Below, piece after piece: positions 47,162 through 58,887 of a stretch of 64,000 bases of DNA. A program made the translations under genes and the position numbers. The notes below the pieces were generated by a model that saw only the letters and a list, made by a program, of their open reading frames with translations, did no database searches and had not been told where the DNA came from. The DNA lies in contig CAWIKF010000001.1 in NCBI GenBank assembly GCA_963836755.1, positions 384,001 to 448,000 of the forward strand. The letters run 5' to 3'. Source of the stretch: an uncultured Verrucomicrobiae bacterium. Lineage in GTDB: Bacteria; Verrucomicrobiota; Verrucomicrobiia; Chthoniobacterales; Chthoniobacteraceae. How positions within the stretch are numbered: position 1 is the stretch's first letter; each line of letters begins with the position of its first letter.

Positions 47162-48472
47162 ATGAATGTCGAAGTCGAAAATTTGCCCCATTGCATCACC
47201 ACTCTCCGCGTCGAGGTGGAGCCTGAAAAAGTAACCCAGACCTGGGATTCCATCGCGAAGGATTACATGCGCCACGCGAAGCTGCCGGGCTACCGGCCGG
47301 GGAAGGCGCCACGGCAGATCGTGGAGCGAAAATATGAGAAGCAGATTCGCGAGGAGCTGCAAAAGCAGTTGCTCTCCGAGAGCTGCCGCGAGGCGATCAA
47401 TGAGAAAAAGTTGCGCGTGCTCTCGCTGGCGGAGGTCGAGGATGTGGAGATCGGCGAGGATAAGACGCTCCGTTTCACCGCTACGCTGGTGACGGCGCCG
47501 GAGTTTGAGACGCCCGATTACAAGAATATCGAGATGACGACGTCGTCGGTGGAGGTGAGCGAGGAGGAGGTGGATGCGGCGCTGGAACGGCTGCGCGAGG
47601 ATTCGGCGGACTTTGTCGACATCTCGGATCGCGGCCTGGAAATGGAGGATTTCGCGGTGATCGATTACACGGGGACGATCGATGGGAAGCCAGTGCACGA
47701 GGTTTTTCCAAAGGCGGGGAAGCCGCTCTCGGGCAACAATGATTTTTGGATTCGGCTGACGGCTGAGGCGTTTTTCCCGGGATTCAGCGAGCAGTTGCTC
47801 GGCGCGAAAGTTAGCGACGTGCGGGAGTTTGAGATCGAGGTGCCGGCGGAGTTTGCGGTCGAGGAGATGCGCGGGCAGAAAATCCATTACGCGGTGACGG
47901 TGCGCGGGCTGAAGTCAAAGCAGTTGCCGGAGTTGAACGATGAATTTGCCGGGAAGATCGTGCGCGGGAAGACTGCGGCGGAGTTGCGCGACGTGGCGCG
48001 CGACGAGCTCCGGCGGCAGAAGGAAAAAGCGGCGGTGCGCGAGCGGAAAAATCAGATCATGCAGGCGCTCTTGAGCCGCGTGGAATGCGAGCTGCCGGAG
48101 AATCTGGTGCGCCAGGAAACCCAGCGCATCCTCGCTGACATCGTGCGCGAAAATCAGGCTCGCGGCATTGCCGAGGAGGTGATTCGCGAGAACGAAAAGG
48201 AGCTGGTTGGCTCAGCGGCTCAGAACGCGCGCGACCGCTTGAAGGGAACTTTTATTTTACTCCGAATCGCGGAGGCGGAAAAAATCGGCGTGACGCAGCA
48301 GGACTTTCAGCAGCGCGTGGCGATGATGGCCGCGAACTACAACGTCCCCTTTGAAAAAATGCTCAAGGAGCTGGAAAAGCGCGATGCGATCGGTCAGATC
48401 CGCGAGGAGATCCTCACGGGCAAGGTGCTTGATTTCCTCGAGTCGAATGTTAGCGTCCCAGCGGCTTCGTAG
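47162..48472 (+). CDS. tig: Trigger factor
   Basis: PGYRPGKAP ribosome-binding motif and FKBP-like domain; lies upstream of clpP. Confidence 0.95.
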   Translation: MNVEVENLPHCITTLRVEVEPEKVTQTWDSIAKDYMRHAKLPGYRPGKAPRQIVERKYEKQIREELQKQLLSESCREAINEKKLRVLSLAEVEDVEIGEDKTLRFTATLVTAPEFETPDYKNIEMTTSSVEVSEEEVDAALERLREDSADFVDISDRGLEMEDFAVIDYTGTIDGKPVHEVFPKAGKPLSGNNDFWIRLTAEAFFPGFSEQLLGAKVSDVREFEIEVPAEFAVEEMRGQKIHYAVTVRGLKSKQLPELNDEFAGKIVRGKTAAELRDVARDELRRQKEKAAVRERKNQIMQALLSRVECELPENLVRQETQRILADIVRENQARGIAEEVIRENEKELVGSAAQNARDRLKGTFILLRIAEAEKIGVTQQDFQQRVAMMAANYNVPFEKMLKELEKRDAIGQIREEILTGKVLDFLESNVSVPAAS

Positions 48473-48499
48473 ACACGGAGCGCAGCAGTTTTTTTACCC

Positions 48500-49180
48500 A
48501 TGCCAATTCAATCCAACACTCGCGAAACTCCGCACGATGTGCTCGTCCCGATGGTTATCGAGCAGACCGGGCGAGGGGAGCGCAGCTACGATATTTATTC
48601 GCGGTTGCTGAAGGATCGCATCATTTTTCTCGGCACTCCGATCGACGATCACATCGCGAATTTGGTCATCGCGCAGATGCTTTTTTTGCAAATGGAGGAT
48701 CCGAAAAAAGACATCCACATTTACATCAACTCGCCCGGCGGCTCAGTGACGGCGGGGCTGGCGATTTATGACACGATGCAGTTCGTGACATGCGACGTGA
48801 CGACCTATTGCCTCGGCATGGCGGCCAGCATGGGCGCGGTGCTGCTTTGCGCCGGCACAAAGGGCAAGAGATATGCTTTACCCAACTCCGACATCATGAT
48901 CCACCAAGTCTCGGGCGGCGCGCAAGGCACCGCCAGCGACGTGGAGCGGACTGTCGAATACATGTTTAAATTAAAAAAGCGCCTCATCCAGATCATGGCC
49001 GACCATACCGGCAAGGATTTCGAGACTGTGAAGAACGATTCCGATCGCGATTATTACATGAGCGCGGCGGAGGCGAGCGCCTACGGTCTGGTGGATCAAG
49101 TCGTGCAATCGCGCAAGGAATTGAAGGCCGAGTCGAAGCCCGAGCTGGCGGACAAGCCAGCGGATAAGTCTTCGGAGTGA
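48500..49180 (+). CDS. clpP: ATP-dependent Clp protease proteolytic subunit
   Basis: [25 protein letters not shown] and MIHQ motifs. Confidence 0.97.
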   Translation: MPIQSNTRETPHDVLVPMVIEQTGRGERSYDIYSRLLKDRIIFLGTPIDDHIANLVIAQMLFLQMEDPKKDIHIYINSPGGSVTAGLAIYDTMQFVTCDVTTYCLGMAASMGAVLLCAGTKGKRYALPNSDIMIHQVSGGAQGTASDVERTVEYMFKLKKRLIQIMADHTGKDFETVKNDSDRDYYMSAAEASAYGLVDQVVQSRKELKAESKPELADKPADKSSE

Positions 49181-49261
49181 AATCGGATGAAGTGCCGGAT
49201 GTTTTCTCAGCTTAAAAACCCCGCGAAACTTTCACGCCGTTCCGCGGCAATATTCTAAAAG

Positions 49262-50536
<1,275 letters not shown>

Positions 50537-50584
50537 ACCGCGCGGAATCGCGGCAAACTTTTTTCGCCGTCGCCGGTTTTTCGC

Positions 50585-50618
50585 AAAAAAAAGCGCCGCC
50601 CGTTTCCGAGCGGCGCTT
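50585..50618 (-). terminator. Intrinsic terminator between convergent clpX and thioredoxin genes
   Basis: Minus strand reads GCGCCGCTCG-GAAA-CGGGCGGCGC-T8. Confidence 0.8.
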
Positions 50619-50636
50619 GCAAGTGAGTTGCGTCAG

Positions 50637-51074
50637 CTACTTTTTAAAGCTGTCGAGCTTCGCGATGAATGCGGACGGTCCGCCTTCAAGATAGCCAACC
50701 TGCTGGCCTAAAACATTCCCGTCTTTGTCCAGCAAAACAAACGTCGGAAAACCTTCGACTTTATATTTTTGCTTGAGGTCCCCGTTCTGTTCCTTGACCT
50801 GTTTGGACTGCGGTTTCGAATTTGGAAAATCGACTTCGACAAGCACGAGATTCTTCGTGGCATAGTCTTTGAATTCCTTGGTTTTCAGGACTTCCTTGTT
50901 GAACTTGATGCACCAGCCGCACCAGTCGGAACCGGTGAAATCGAGCAGCACTTTTTTGTCCTGCGATTTCGCCTCGGCCTGCGCCTTTTCGTAATTGGTA
51001 TTCCAGTGCGCTTCCTGCGCGAATGCGGGCAACGCCGCGGCGAGCAGGAGGCTGAGAAGAGTAAGTTTTTTCAT
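50637..51074 (-). CDS. Secreted thioredoxin-family protein
   Basis: Signal peptide; FTGSDWCGWC and GFPT motifs. Confidence 0.92.
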   Translation of the reverse strand: MKKLTLLSLLLAAALPAFAQEAHWNTNYEKAQAEAKSQDKKVLLDFTGSDWCGWCIKFNKEVLKTKEFKDYATKNLVLVEVDFPNSKPQSKQVKEQNGDLKQKYKVEGFPTFVLLDKDGNVLGQQVGYLEGGPSAFIAKLDSFKK

Positions 51075-51091
51075 CAGTAGTTTTTGGGGAA

Positions 51092-51442
51092 TCAGACCTG
51101 GAATTTCAACGTCGCGCCCGATTGCATCGCCGCGTGTTCGGCATCGGTGCAGGCGGAATTTGTCGGCACGCCCGCAGCTTCATCGCTGCGTTGCACGAGG
51201 CTGTTCCCGGTGAGATACGCCTCGACTTCGTCGCCGCTCACATCGGCGAGCATTGCGCCATTGATTTCGACGCAGGGTGAAAGCGGCTGCCCGCTTTTCT
51301 GCTCCATCTCCCAGCGAAAAGCCGGGTTCGCGATGATGTCTTTTTCGGTGAAAGGCAGATCGTATTTTCGAAGCACGGCGCGCACGCCGTTGCTCCAACC
51401 GCAGTAGGTTTTTAAGTAGGCCGTGATTTGTGGTTTTTCCAT
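51092..51442 (-). CDS. Glutaredoxin-like protein (monothiol-type)
   Basis: YCGWS active-site-like motif and SGQPLSPCVEING. Confidence 0.8.
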   Translation of the reverse strand: MEKPQITAYLKTYCGWSNGVRAVLRKYDLPFTEKDIIANPAFRWEMEQKSGQPLSPCVEINGAMLADVSGDEVEAYLTGNSLVQRSDEAAGVPTNSACTDAEHAAMQSGATLKFQV

Positions 51443-51508
51443 AGCGTGGAAAAAGTAGCACACTTGCCGCGCGCTCCCAAGCATCCGTTTTCACAGACGC
51501 GAATTCTG

Positions 51509-51688
51509 CTAGTAAACGTAAACGCGCTCGCGGTGATACGGATAAGGTCCGCGGTCATAATATCCGCCGCTGTAATAGACGTGGTCGTGATACGGATGAT
51601 GGTAATAATGGTGGTGCTCACCCTCGTGCAGGTCTTCGCAGGCAGCGAAAAGGAAAGCGAGTGGGAGGAAGCCGAGCAGAAGTTTCAT
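51509..51688 (-). CDS. Small His/Tyr-rich lipoprotein (59 aa)
   Basis: MKLLLGFLPLAFLFAA-C lipobox; TAGAGT -10-like hexamer 5 nt before the ATG. Confidence 0.65.
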   Translation of the reverse strand: MKLLLGFLPLAFLFAACEDLHEGEHHHYYHHPYHDHVYYSGGYYDRGPYPYHRERVYVY

Positions 51689-51737
51689 ACACCACTCTAA
51701 TCGCGGCTGCGTGCGCGATTGGGTTTCCCCGCGCATT

Positions 51738-54700
51738 TCAGCTTCGCAATTTCACGAGCAAATCCTTGCTCTCCACCGACTCGCCGGCCTGAACGAAAAT
51801 TTCCACCGCGACGCCATTCGACGGCGCGTAAATCGTCGTCTGCATTTTCATCGCCTCCAGCGTGAGGAGCTTGTCCCCTTTCGCAACCTTCGAGCCGACG
51901 CTGATATTTAGCGCGGTGATCACGCCAGGAATCGGCGCGCCGACTTGCAGCGGATCGCCCTCGCTGGCCTTCACGCGCGCTTTGGTTTTCGGCTGGATCG
52001 ACCGATCCGCAACCGACGCTTCACGCGGGCGGCCATTGAGTTCGTAGGAAAGAATGCGGCGCCCTTCCGCGTCCGGCAGACCGATGTTGATGAGCTTGAT
52101 GAAAAGCGTCTTGCCCTCCTCGATGCCGACCGAAATTTCCTCGCCGGGCTTTAAGCCGTAGAAAAATGCCGGCGTCGGCAGGACGCTCACGTTGCTGAAA
52201 TCGCGGACAAATTTCGCGAAGTCCGCGAACACCTGCGGATACATCAGATGGCTGTAAAGATCATCGTCGCTCGCGTCGCGCTTCAACTTTGACGCCAGCT
52301 CCGCGCGAGTCGCGTTGAGGTCGATCTTTGGCGCCTTCGCGGTATCGGACTTTGTCGTGCCGAGCACCGCGCTCACCAGTTTTTTCGGCCAGCCGCCGAG
52401 CGGTTTGCCCAGCCCGCCGGCGAGCATGTCGCGCACCGATTCCGGAAAATCCATGCCAGGCTCGAGATTCACCACATCGGCCGGTTTGATTCCTTTCGTG
52501 AAAAGAAAAAGCGTCATGTCGCCAACCACTTTGCTCGACGGCGTCACTTTCACAATGTCTCCAAAAAGCTGATTCACCTCCGCGTAGCAGCGCGCGATTT
52601 CCGGCCAGCGATGCGCCAGGCCCATCGAGGCGGCTTGCTCTTTTAAATTCGTGAACTGCCCGCCCGGCATTTCGTGCAGATACACCTCCGCCGAACCGGT
52701 GCGTGGCGCGGTGTCGAACGGCGCGTAATAATTTCGCACCTGCTCCCAATAATCCGAAAACTCGTTGAGCGCATCGAGATCGAGCCCCGTTTCGCGCGGC
52801 GTGTCTTGGAGCGCTGCGACGATCGAGTTCAAATTCGGCTGACTCGTGGAGCCGGACATCGAGGCGAGCGCGAGATCGACGATATCCACGCCCGCATCGC
52901 TCGCGCGCAAAACCGAGCCGGCGTTGATGCCGCTCGTGTCATGCGTGTGAAAATGAATCGGCAGGCCGATCTCCGCCTTCAGCGCTTTCACGAGCGCATG
53001 CGCCGCGTAAGGCCGGCAAAGCCCCGCCATGTCTTTGATCGCGAGAAAATGCGCGCCCATCCGCTCCAGTTCCTTCGCGAGATCGATGTAATATTTCAGC
53101 GAATATTTCGTGCGTTGCGGATCGAGAATATTTCCCGTGTAGCAAATCGCCGCCTCGCAAATCGCGTGCGTCTTTTGCACCGCCTCCATGGAGGCCTTCA
53201 TGTTCGGCAAATAATTGAGCGAGTCAAAAATGCGGAAAATATCGATGCCGCTTTCCGCAGAATGTTTAACAAACCCCGACACAACGTTGTTCGGATAATT
53301 CGAGTAGCCAACCGCGTTTGAGCCGCGCAGCAGCATTTGAAAGCAAATGTTCGGAATCCGCTCGCGCAACTCGCGCAGCCGGCGCCAGGGATCCTCGCGC
53401 AGGAACCGCATCGACGTGTCGAAAGTCGCGCCGCCCCACATTTCCAGCGAAAAAAGTTCTGGTGTGCGCCGCGCGATTGCATCCGCGGTTGCGAGCATGT
53501 CAAAAGTCCGAACGCGCGTCGCGAGCAGCGATTGATGCGCGTCGCGAAAAGTGGTGTCGGTAATCAGCAGCCGCTTTTGCGCGAGCGCCCAATCCGCAAA
53601 TTTTCTCGCGCCAAGTTTCAGCAAAAGTTGACGCGTGCCGTCCGGCGGAGCCTGTTTTCGATCGTATTTCGGAAGTGTGACGGAAGTCAGCGGTGTGTCG
53701 ATTCGCCGGCCCTTCGCCTGCGGGTTCCCGTTCACGATCACATCGCTCAAAAACGCGAGAAGCTTCGTCGCGCGATCGCGCCGCGGTTTGAAAACAAAGA
53801 GCTGCGGCGTCGTGTCGATCAGCCGCGTGGTCGCATCTCCCGAGCGAAACGTTTCATGGCGGATCACATTCTCCAAAAACGGAATGTTGGTTTTCACGCC
53901 GCGAATGCGGAACTCGCGCAGCGCGCGATCCATCCGCTGCAGCGCGATTTTAAACGTCGGGCCGGATGCGGTGATTTTGGTCAGCAACGAATCGTAATAC
54001 GGCGTGATTACCGCGCCGGTGTCGCCCATCCCCGCATCGAGCCGGATGCCGAAGCCGGCGGCGGAACGATACGTGATGATTTTGCCGTAGCTCGGCGTGA
54101 ATTTATTCTCCGGATCCTCAGTCGTGACCCGGCATTGCACGGCGAATCCGTTGCGCGGAATCGCGGCCTGCGCGGGCAGTTCCAATTCCGGCCCGTGCAG
54201 CTCCGCGCCGCTTGCCACCAGGATTTGCGCGCGCACGAGGTCGATGCCAGTGATGAGCTCGGTGACGGTGTGCTCGACCTGAATCCGCGGATTCATCTCG
54301 ATGAAAAACCATTCGTCGCGGTCGAGATCGAGGAGGAACTCGACGGTGCCCGCGTTGTTGTAGCCGATCTCGCGCGCAATCCGCGTCGCCGCCTCGCACA
54401 GCTGCTCAACAATCTGTTTCTTAATGTTCACTGACGGCGCCATCTCGACAACTTTTTGGTGCCGTCGCTGCACCGAGCAATCGCGCTCGTGCAAATGCAG
54501 GACGTGGCCGTGATGGTCCCCGAGAATCTGCACTTCGATGTGCTTCGCGCGCGGGATGTATTTTTCCAAAAAGACCGCCGCGTTGCCGAATGCACGCTCC
54601 GCCTCGCCCTGCGCTTCGTCGAGCAGCGGCGCCAGATCGGCCGCTTTTTCAACCACGCGCATGCCGCGTCCGCCGCCGCCAAAAGCCGCCTTGATGATGA

Positions 54701-55214
54701 GCGGAAAGCCGATTGTTTTGGCAATGCGCATCGCCGCGCTTCGATCGCTCACCGGATCATCGGTGCCCGGCAATGCAGGCACAGAAAGCTTCTTCGCAAG
54801 ATTGCGCGCGGCGACTTTGTCTCCCATCAAGTCGAGCAACTCCGGCCTCGGCCCGACGAAAGTGATGCCGGCTTCCGTGCAAGCCTTCGCGAAGCCAGCA
54901 TTTTCGGACAAAAATCCGTAGCCCGGATGAATCATGTCCACGCCCTTTTCTTTCGCAAGCGCGACGATGCCGTGAATGTCGAGATAAGCGCCGACCGGCC
55001 CTTTTCCTTCGCCGACCAGGTAGGCCTCGTCGGCCTTGAATCGATGCACCGAGAGCCGATCTTCCTGCGCATAAATGGCGACCGTGCGCATGCCGAGTTC
55101 GTTCGCCGCGCGGAAAACCCGAATAGCAATTTCGCTGCGATTCGCGACCAGCAACTTTTTCCCCGCCACATTGATTTCATCTTTGGCGACAGCTGCGCGA
55201 GTGGAGGGAGACAT
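51738..55214 (-). CDS. pyc: Pyruvate carboxylase
   Basis: ANRSEIAIR, HPGYGFLSE, RDCSVQRRHQK, RDAHQSL, HFHTHDT and EAMKM motifs. Confidence 0.97.
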   Translation of the reverse strand: MSPSTRAAVAKDEINVAGKKLLVANRSEIAIRVFRAANELGMRTVAIYAQEDRLSVHRFKADEAYLVGEGKGPVGAYLDIHGIVALAKEKGVDMIHPGYGFLSENAGFAKACTEAGITFVGPRPELLDLMGDKVAARNLAKKLSVPALPGTDDPVSDRSAAMRIAKTIGFPLIIKAAFGGGGRGMRVVEKAADLAPLLDEAQGEAERAFGNAAVFLEKYIPRAKHIEVQILGDHHGHVLHLHERDCSVQRRHQKVVEMAPSVNIKKQIVEQLCEAATRIAREIGYNNAGTVEFLLDLDRDEWFFIEMNPRIQVEHTVTELITGIDLVRAQILVASGAELHGPELELPAQAAIPRNGFAVQCRVTTEDPENKFTPSYGKIITYRSAAGFGIRLDAGMGDTGAVITPYYDSLLTKITASGPTFKIALQRMDRALREFRIRGVKTNIPFLENVIRHETFRSGDATTRLIDTTPQLFVFKPRRDRATKLLAFLSDVIVNGNPQAKGRRIDTPLTSVTLPKYDRKQAPPDGTRQLLLKLGARKFADWALAQKRLLITDTTFRDAHQSLLATRVRTFDMLATADAIARRTPELFSLEMWGGATFDTSMRFLREDPWRRLRELRERIPNICFQMLLRGSNAVGYSNYPNNVVSGFVKHSAESGIDIFRIFDSLNYLPNMKASMEAVQKTHAICEAAICYTGNILDPQRTKYSLKYYIDLAKELERMGAHFLAIKDMAGLCRPYAAHALVKALKAEIGLPIHFHTHDTSGINAGSVLRASDAGVDIVDLALASMSGSTSQPNLNSIVAALQDTPRETGLDLDALNEFSDYWEQVRNYYAPFDTAPRTGSAEVYLHEMPGGQFTNLKEQAASMGLAHRWPEIARCYAEVNQLFGDIVKVTPSSKVVGDMTLFLFTKGIKPADVVNLEPGMDFPESVRDMLAGGLGKPLGGWPKKLVSAVLGTTKSDTAKAPKIDLNATRAELASKLKRDASDDDLYSHLMYPQVFADFAKFVRDFSNVSVLPTPAFFYGLKPGEEISVGIEEGKTLFIKLINIGLPDAEGRRILSYELNGRPREASVADRSIQPKTKARVKASEGDPLQVGAPIPGVITALNISVGSKVAKGDKLLTLEAMKMQTTIYAPSNGVAVEIFVQAGESVESKDLLVKLRS

Positions 55215-55310
55215 AACCGCCGGTTTTATAAACAGTGGCCGCGCGTGTGACAAGTGGCGCATCGTGCTCGCCTTTCGCGCGGCGGGCGGGCAAAATGTTC
55301 GGCTTTCATC

Positions 55311-56123
55311 ATGATAAACAAACGGCAGCGCATTGTTTTAAAGTTTGGCTCCGGCGTTCTCGCGAGCGCGCGCGGCAATGCGCTTGAGGAAAAACAATTC
55401 ACACGCCTCGCTACCGAAATTGCGGAACTCGTCCGCGCCGGCCACGAGTGCATCGTCGTCTCCAGCGCCGCGGTCGCCGCGGGCATGCGCGTGCTTGGTT
55501 TAAAGGAGCGGCCCGCCGAGCTTTCCACCGGTCAGGCATGTGCGGCGATCGGCCAATCAAAGTTGATGCAGCTTTACGCGACAAAGTTCGCGGCGCATCA
55601 ACTCAACGTCGCGCAGCTTCTGCTGACGCATGGCGACCTCGACAGTCGCGCGCGCTATCGCAATGCGAAAAACACTTTAAAGCGGCTGCTCGCGTGCCGA
55701 AATGTGGTGCCCATCATCAACGAAAATGACTCCGTCGCTGTGGAAGAATTGCGGTTCGGCGACAACGATCGGCTCTCGGCCGAGGTCGCGATTCTGGCGG
55801 AAGCGGATATGCTCATCATTCTAACGAGCGTAAACGGATTGATGGACGACGCGGGACGGCTGCTGCCGTTCGTGGCGAAGCTGCAGGACGTGACGAAGTT
55901 CGTGCGAAACGAAAAGGGAAAACTCTCCGTTGGCGGCATGGCGTCAAAGTTGGACGCCGTCAAACTTGCCACGAATGCCGGAATCCCGACGGTGATCGCG
56001 CATGGGCGCCGGGCGGGTCTGCTTGCGTCGATCGTCGCGGGAAAGCCGGTGGGAACAAGGTTCGCGGCGCTCGGCGAAAAATTTGACGCTGCTGGCGATG
56101 CCCGCGAACTTTCGGGATCATGA
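55311..56123 (+). CDS. proB: Glutamate 5-kinase (no PUA domain)
   Basis: KFGSG, VSSAAV, NENDSV, FGDNDRLSA and GGMASK motifs. Confidence 0.95.
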   Translation: MINKRQRIVLKFGSGVLASARGNALEEKQFTRLATEIAELVRAGHECIVVSSAAVAAGMRVLGLKERPAELSTGQACAAIGQSKLMQLYATKFAAHQLNVAQLLLTHGDLDSRARYRNAKNTLKRLLACRNVVPIINENDSVAVEELRFGDNDRLSAEVAILAEADMLIILTSVNGLMDDAGRLLPFVAKLQDVTKFVRNEKGKLSVGGMASKLDAVKLATNAGIPTVIAHGRRAGLLASIVAGKPVGTRFAALGEKFDAAGDARELSGS

Positions 56124-57386
56124 GCGATCTGCAGCGCGAAATTCTTGATTTTGGAATGCGTGCGCGCGTGGCGTCGCGCACGCTGGCGCGCGCGAAATCG
56201 CCGCAGAAAAATGAGGCGCTGCATGCGATGGCGGATGAGTTAATCGCGCGTAGCGAAGCAATTTTGACGGCGAACGAAAGCGACGTCTCGCGAGCTAAAT
56301 CCGACGTACTTTCGGCTGCGATGATCGACCGCCTGACCTTAAATAGCGCGCGTCTCAAAAGCATGGCCGACGGCATCCGGCAGGTCACAGAACTCGACGA
56401 TCCTGTCGGCAAAATCATCACGGAATGGACGCGGCCAAATGGGTTGCGAATCGTGAAAGTGCGCGTGCCGATCGGGGTGATCGGCATCATTTATGAGTCG
56501 CGACCGAATGTGACGAGCGACGCCGCGGTGCTCTGTTTGAAAACCGGCAACGCGGCGATTTTGCGCGGTGGCTCGGAATCGATTCTATCCAACATCGCCA
56601 TCGCCGAGGCGCTGCAAGCGGGCGCGAGCCGCGCTGGATTGCCGGGCGGACAGCATTTTGCTGATTCCAAAAACGGATCGTGAAGCTGTGCGCCACATGG
56701 CCGAGATGGACAAGTATCTCGACATGATCGTGCCTCGCGGCGGCCATGCACTGATTCAAGCAGTCGTTAAACATGCGCGGATGCCGGTGATCAAGCACTA
56801 CCACGGCGTCTGCATCATTTATGTGGATAAGGAAGCCGACTTGGAAATGGCGGAGCGGATTGTCTTGAATGCGAAAACGCAGCGGCCCGGCGTTTGCAAC
56901 GCGGTCGAAACGGTCCTCGTGCATCGCGATATTGCGGAAGATTTTTGGCGGCGTGCGGGGAAAAGTTTACTCGCTAAAAATGTCGAGATTCGCGGCGATG
57001 AACGCGTGCGGCAAATCGTCGGCGAACAGCATTCCAAGCCGGTTGCCGAGGAAGATTGGACCACGGAATATCTCGATTACATCCTCGCCGCGCGCACGGT
57101 GGCGGACATCGATGAAGCTGTGGAGCACATTGAAAAATATGGCTCGCATCACAGCGACGGAATCGTGACAAGCGACGCGGCTCGCGCGGAGAAATTTTTA
57201 AACGAAGTCGATTCCGCGACGGTTTATTGGAATGCCTCGACGCGGTTTACGGACGGCGCGGAGTTCGGCTTTGGCGCGGAAATCGGGATCAGCACGGACA
57301 AACTTCACGCGCGTGGGCCGATGGCGCTGGAGGAATTGACCACTTACAAATACGTGATCTACGGCAACGGCCAGATCCGCGAATGA
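56120..57386 (+). CDS. proA: Gamma-glutamyl phosphate reductase; apparent +1 frameshift near 56645
   Basis: IYESRPNVT and LRGGSE in frame 1; PRGG, GVCNAVET, NASTRFTDG and KLHARGPM in frame 2. Confidence 0.95.
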
Positions 57387-57393
57387 ACCGCGG

Positions 57394-57834
57394 TCAGACG
57401 CCGATGTCTTCGTTCCAAAGCGCGGGATTTTCGCGAATGAATTTCGCCATCATCTCGTAGCATTGCGGCAGGTCGAGATCGGTGACTTCGACGCCATGGC
57501 TGCGCATGAAATCGACCGCGCCGGGAAAAGTGCGGCTCTCGCCGACGATGACTTTTTTGATGCCGAATTGCACGACGGCGCCGGCGCAGAGATAGCACGG
57601 CATGAGCGTGGAATAGAGCGTCGTATTGTGGAATGAGCCGAGTCGGCCGGCGTTGCGCAGACAGTCGATTTCCGCGTGCGTCACGGGATCGCCATTTTGC
57701 ACGCGCTTGTTGTGGCCGGCGGCGACGAGCTGTCCGTCGCGCGCGAGCGCGGAGCCAATGGGAATGCCACCTTCCGCCAATCCCTGCCGCGCTTCGGCGA
57801 TCGCCGCTTGCATCATCGAATCGATCTCAGGCAT
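57394..57834 (-). CDS. Cytosine/nucleoside deaminase (yeast Fcy1-like)
   Basis: GGIPIG, HAE, PCYLC and WNEDIG motifs. Confidence 0.9.
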   Translation of the reverse strand: MPEIDSMMQAAIAEARQGLAEGGIPIGSALARDGQLVAAGHNKRVQNGDPVTHAEIDCLRNAGRLGSFHNTTLYSTLMPCYLCAGAVVQFGIKKVIVGESRTFPGAVDFMRSHGVEVTDLDLPQCYEMMAKFIRENPALWNEDIGV

Positions 57835-57914
57835 GCGCGAAAGTAGCGCGCCGAGCGGTGACGAAAAGCCAAAAAGGTGCGGTGCTCGCGCAGAACTTTT
57901 ACGCGATGCGATCT

Positions 57915-58739
57915 CTATTTTTTCGCAAGCCCATCCGCGACCGCGCTTTCAAGTGCTTCACCACGCAGGCCTTTCGCAAGGATGATCCCGTTTTTATCGA
58001 GAAGATATGACGCCGGGATGCTGTTGATGCCGTAGGTTTGCGCGAGCTGGTTTTGCCAGCCTTTGCCGTCAAAGTATTGCGGCCAGGTCATCTTGTTTTC
58101 CTGCAAAAAACTGCTGAGCTTGGCTTTGTCCTTGTCCAGACTCACGCCAATGATATCGAAGCCCTGGTCGTGATGTTTCTGGTAGGTTTTGATCACATTC
58201 GGCAGCTCGCCAACGCACGGCCCGCACCATGTCGCCCAGAAATCGATCATGAGCAGCTTTCCTTTTTCCTGCGCGACTGAGAGCGGTTTGCCGTCGAGAT
58301 CTTTGACGTCAAAGTCGGGAAATTTTGATCCCACTGCGAGGCTGTTTTGGATTTTGCTGGACGCTTCCGCTTGCTGCAGCGAGGCGATGATCTCGTCTGC
58401 TTTTGCAGCCTGCGAAGTTTTTGGAAACTCCGCCTTCATCGTCTTAAGCGTCTCGGTCGCTTTCGGAAAATCGTTGAAAATCTGCGCGTAAAGCATCGCT
58501 TTCATCAGAAAGATTTGCGCGATCGCATCCGTTGTTTCGTCCTTGTGTTCGGCGACCAGCGCGTCAAAAGCCTTCAATTCATCCGTGTAATCGGCTTCGT
58601 TTTTTTGTCCCGCCTGAATCTTCGCCTTTACCTTTTCCACCAGCGTTTGGAGTTCGGCCTGCGGATCAGCCGCAAAGTTGTTCTGCGTGAACGCGAGAAG
58701 CAGCAGGCAGGCAAGCGCGGGGAGGAGTCGGGTCGTCAT
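57915..58739 (-). CDS. Secreted TlpA/ResA-like thiol-disulfide oxidoreductase with helical N-domain
   Basis: Signal peptide; DFWATWCGPC and INSIP motifs. Confidence 0.92.
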   Translation of the reverse strand: MTTRLLPALACLLLLAFTQNNFAADPQAELQTLVEKVKAKIQAGQKNEADYTDELKAFDALVAEHKDETTDAIAQIFLMKAMLYAQIFNDFPKATETLKTMKAEFPKTSQAAKADEIIASLQQAEASSKIQNSLAVGSKFPDFDVKDLDGKPLSVAQEKGKLLMIDFWATWCGPCVGELPNVIKTYQKHHDQGFDIIGVSLDKDKAKLSSFLQENKMTWPQYFDGKGWQNQLAQTYGINSIPASYLLDKNGIILAKGLRGEALESAVADGLAKK

Positions 58740-58838
58740 GCGCGAAGCTGAGCATTCGCCGCTGCGCGAGGCAAGATAATCGCGCTCGCCGCGCGGGCGC
58801 GCGCGCAAAATCTCGCGTGAAAAAATCAAAAGAGCGGG

Positions 58839-58866
58839 TTGACATTTTTCCGATGCCGGGGACGCT
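58839..58866 (+). promoter_or_regulatory. Putative sigma70 promoter of the TIR gene pair
   Basis: TTGACA-N16-GACGCT lies 21 nt before ATG 58888. Confidence 0.45.
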
Positions 58867-58887
58867 CCTTTTCCCGCCCGCCCGCCG

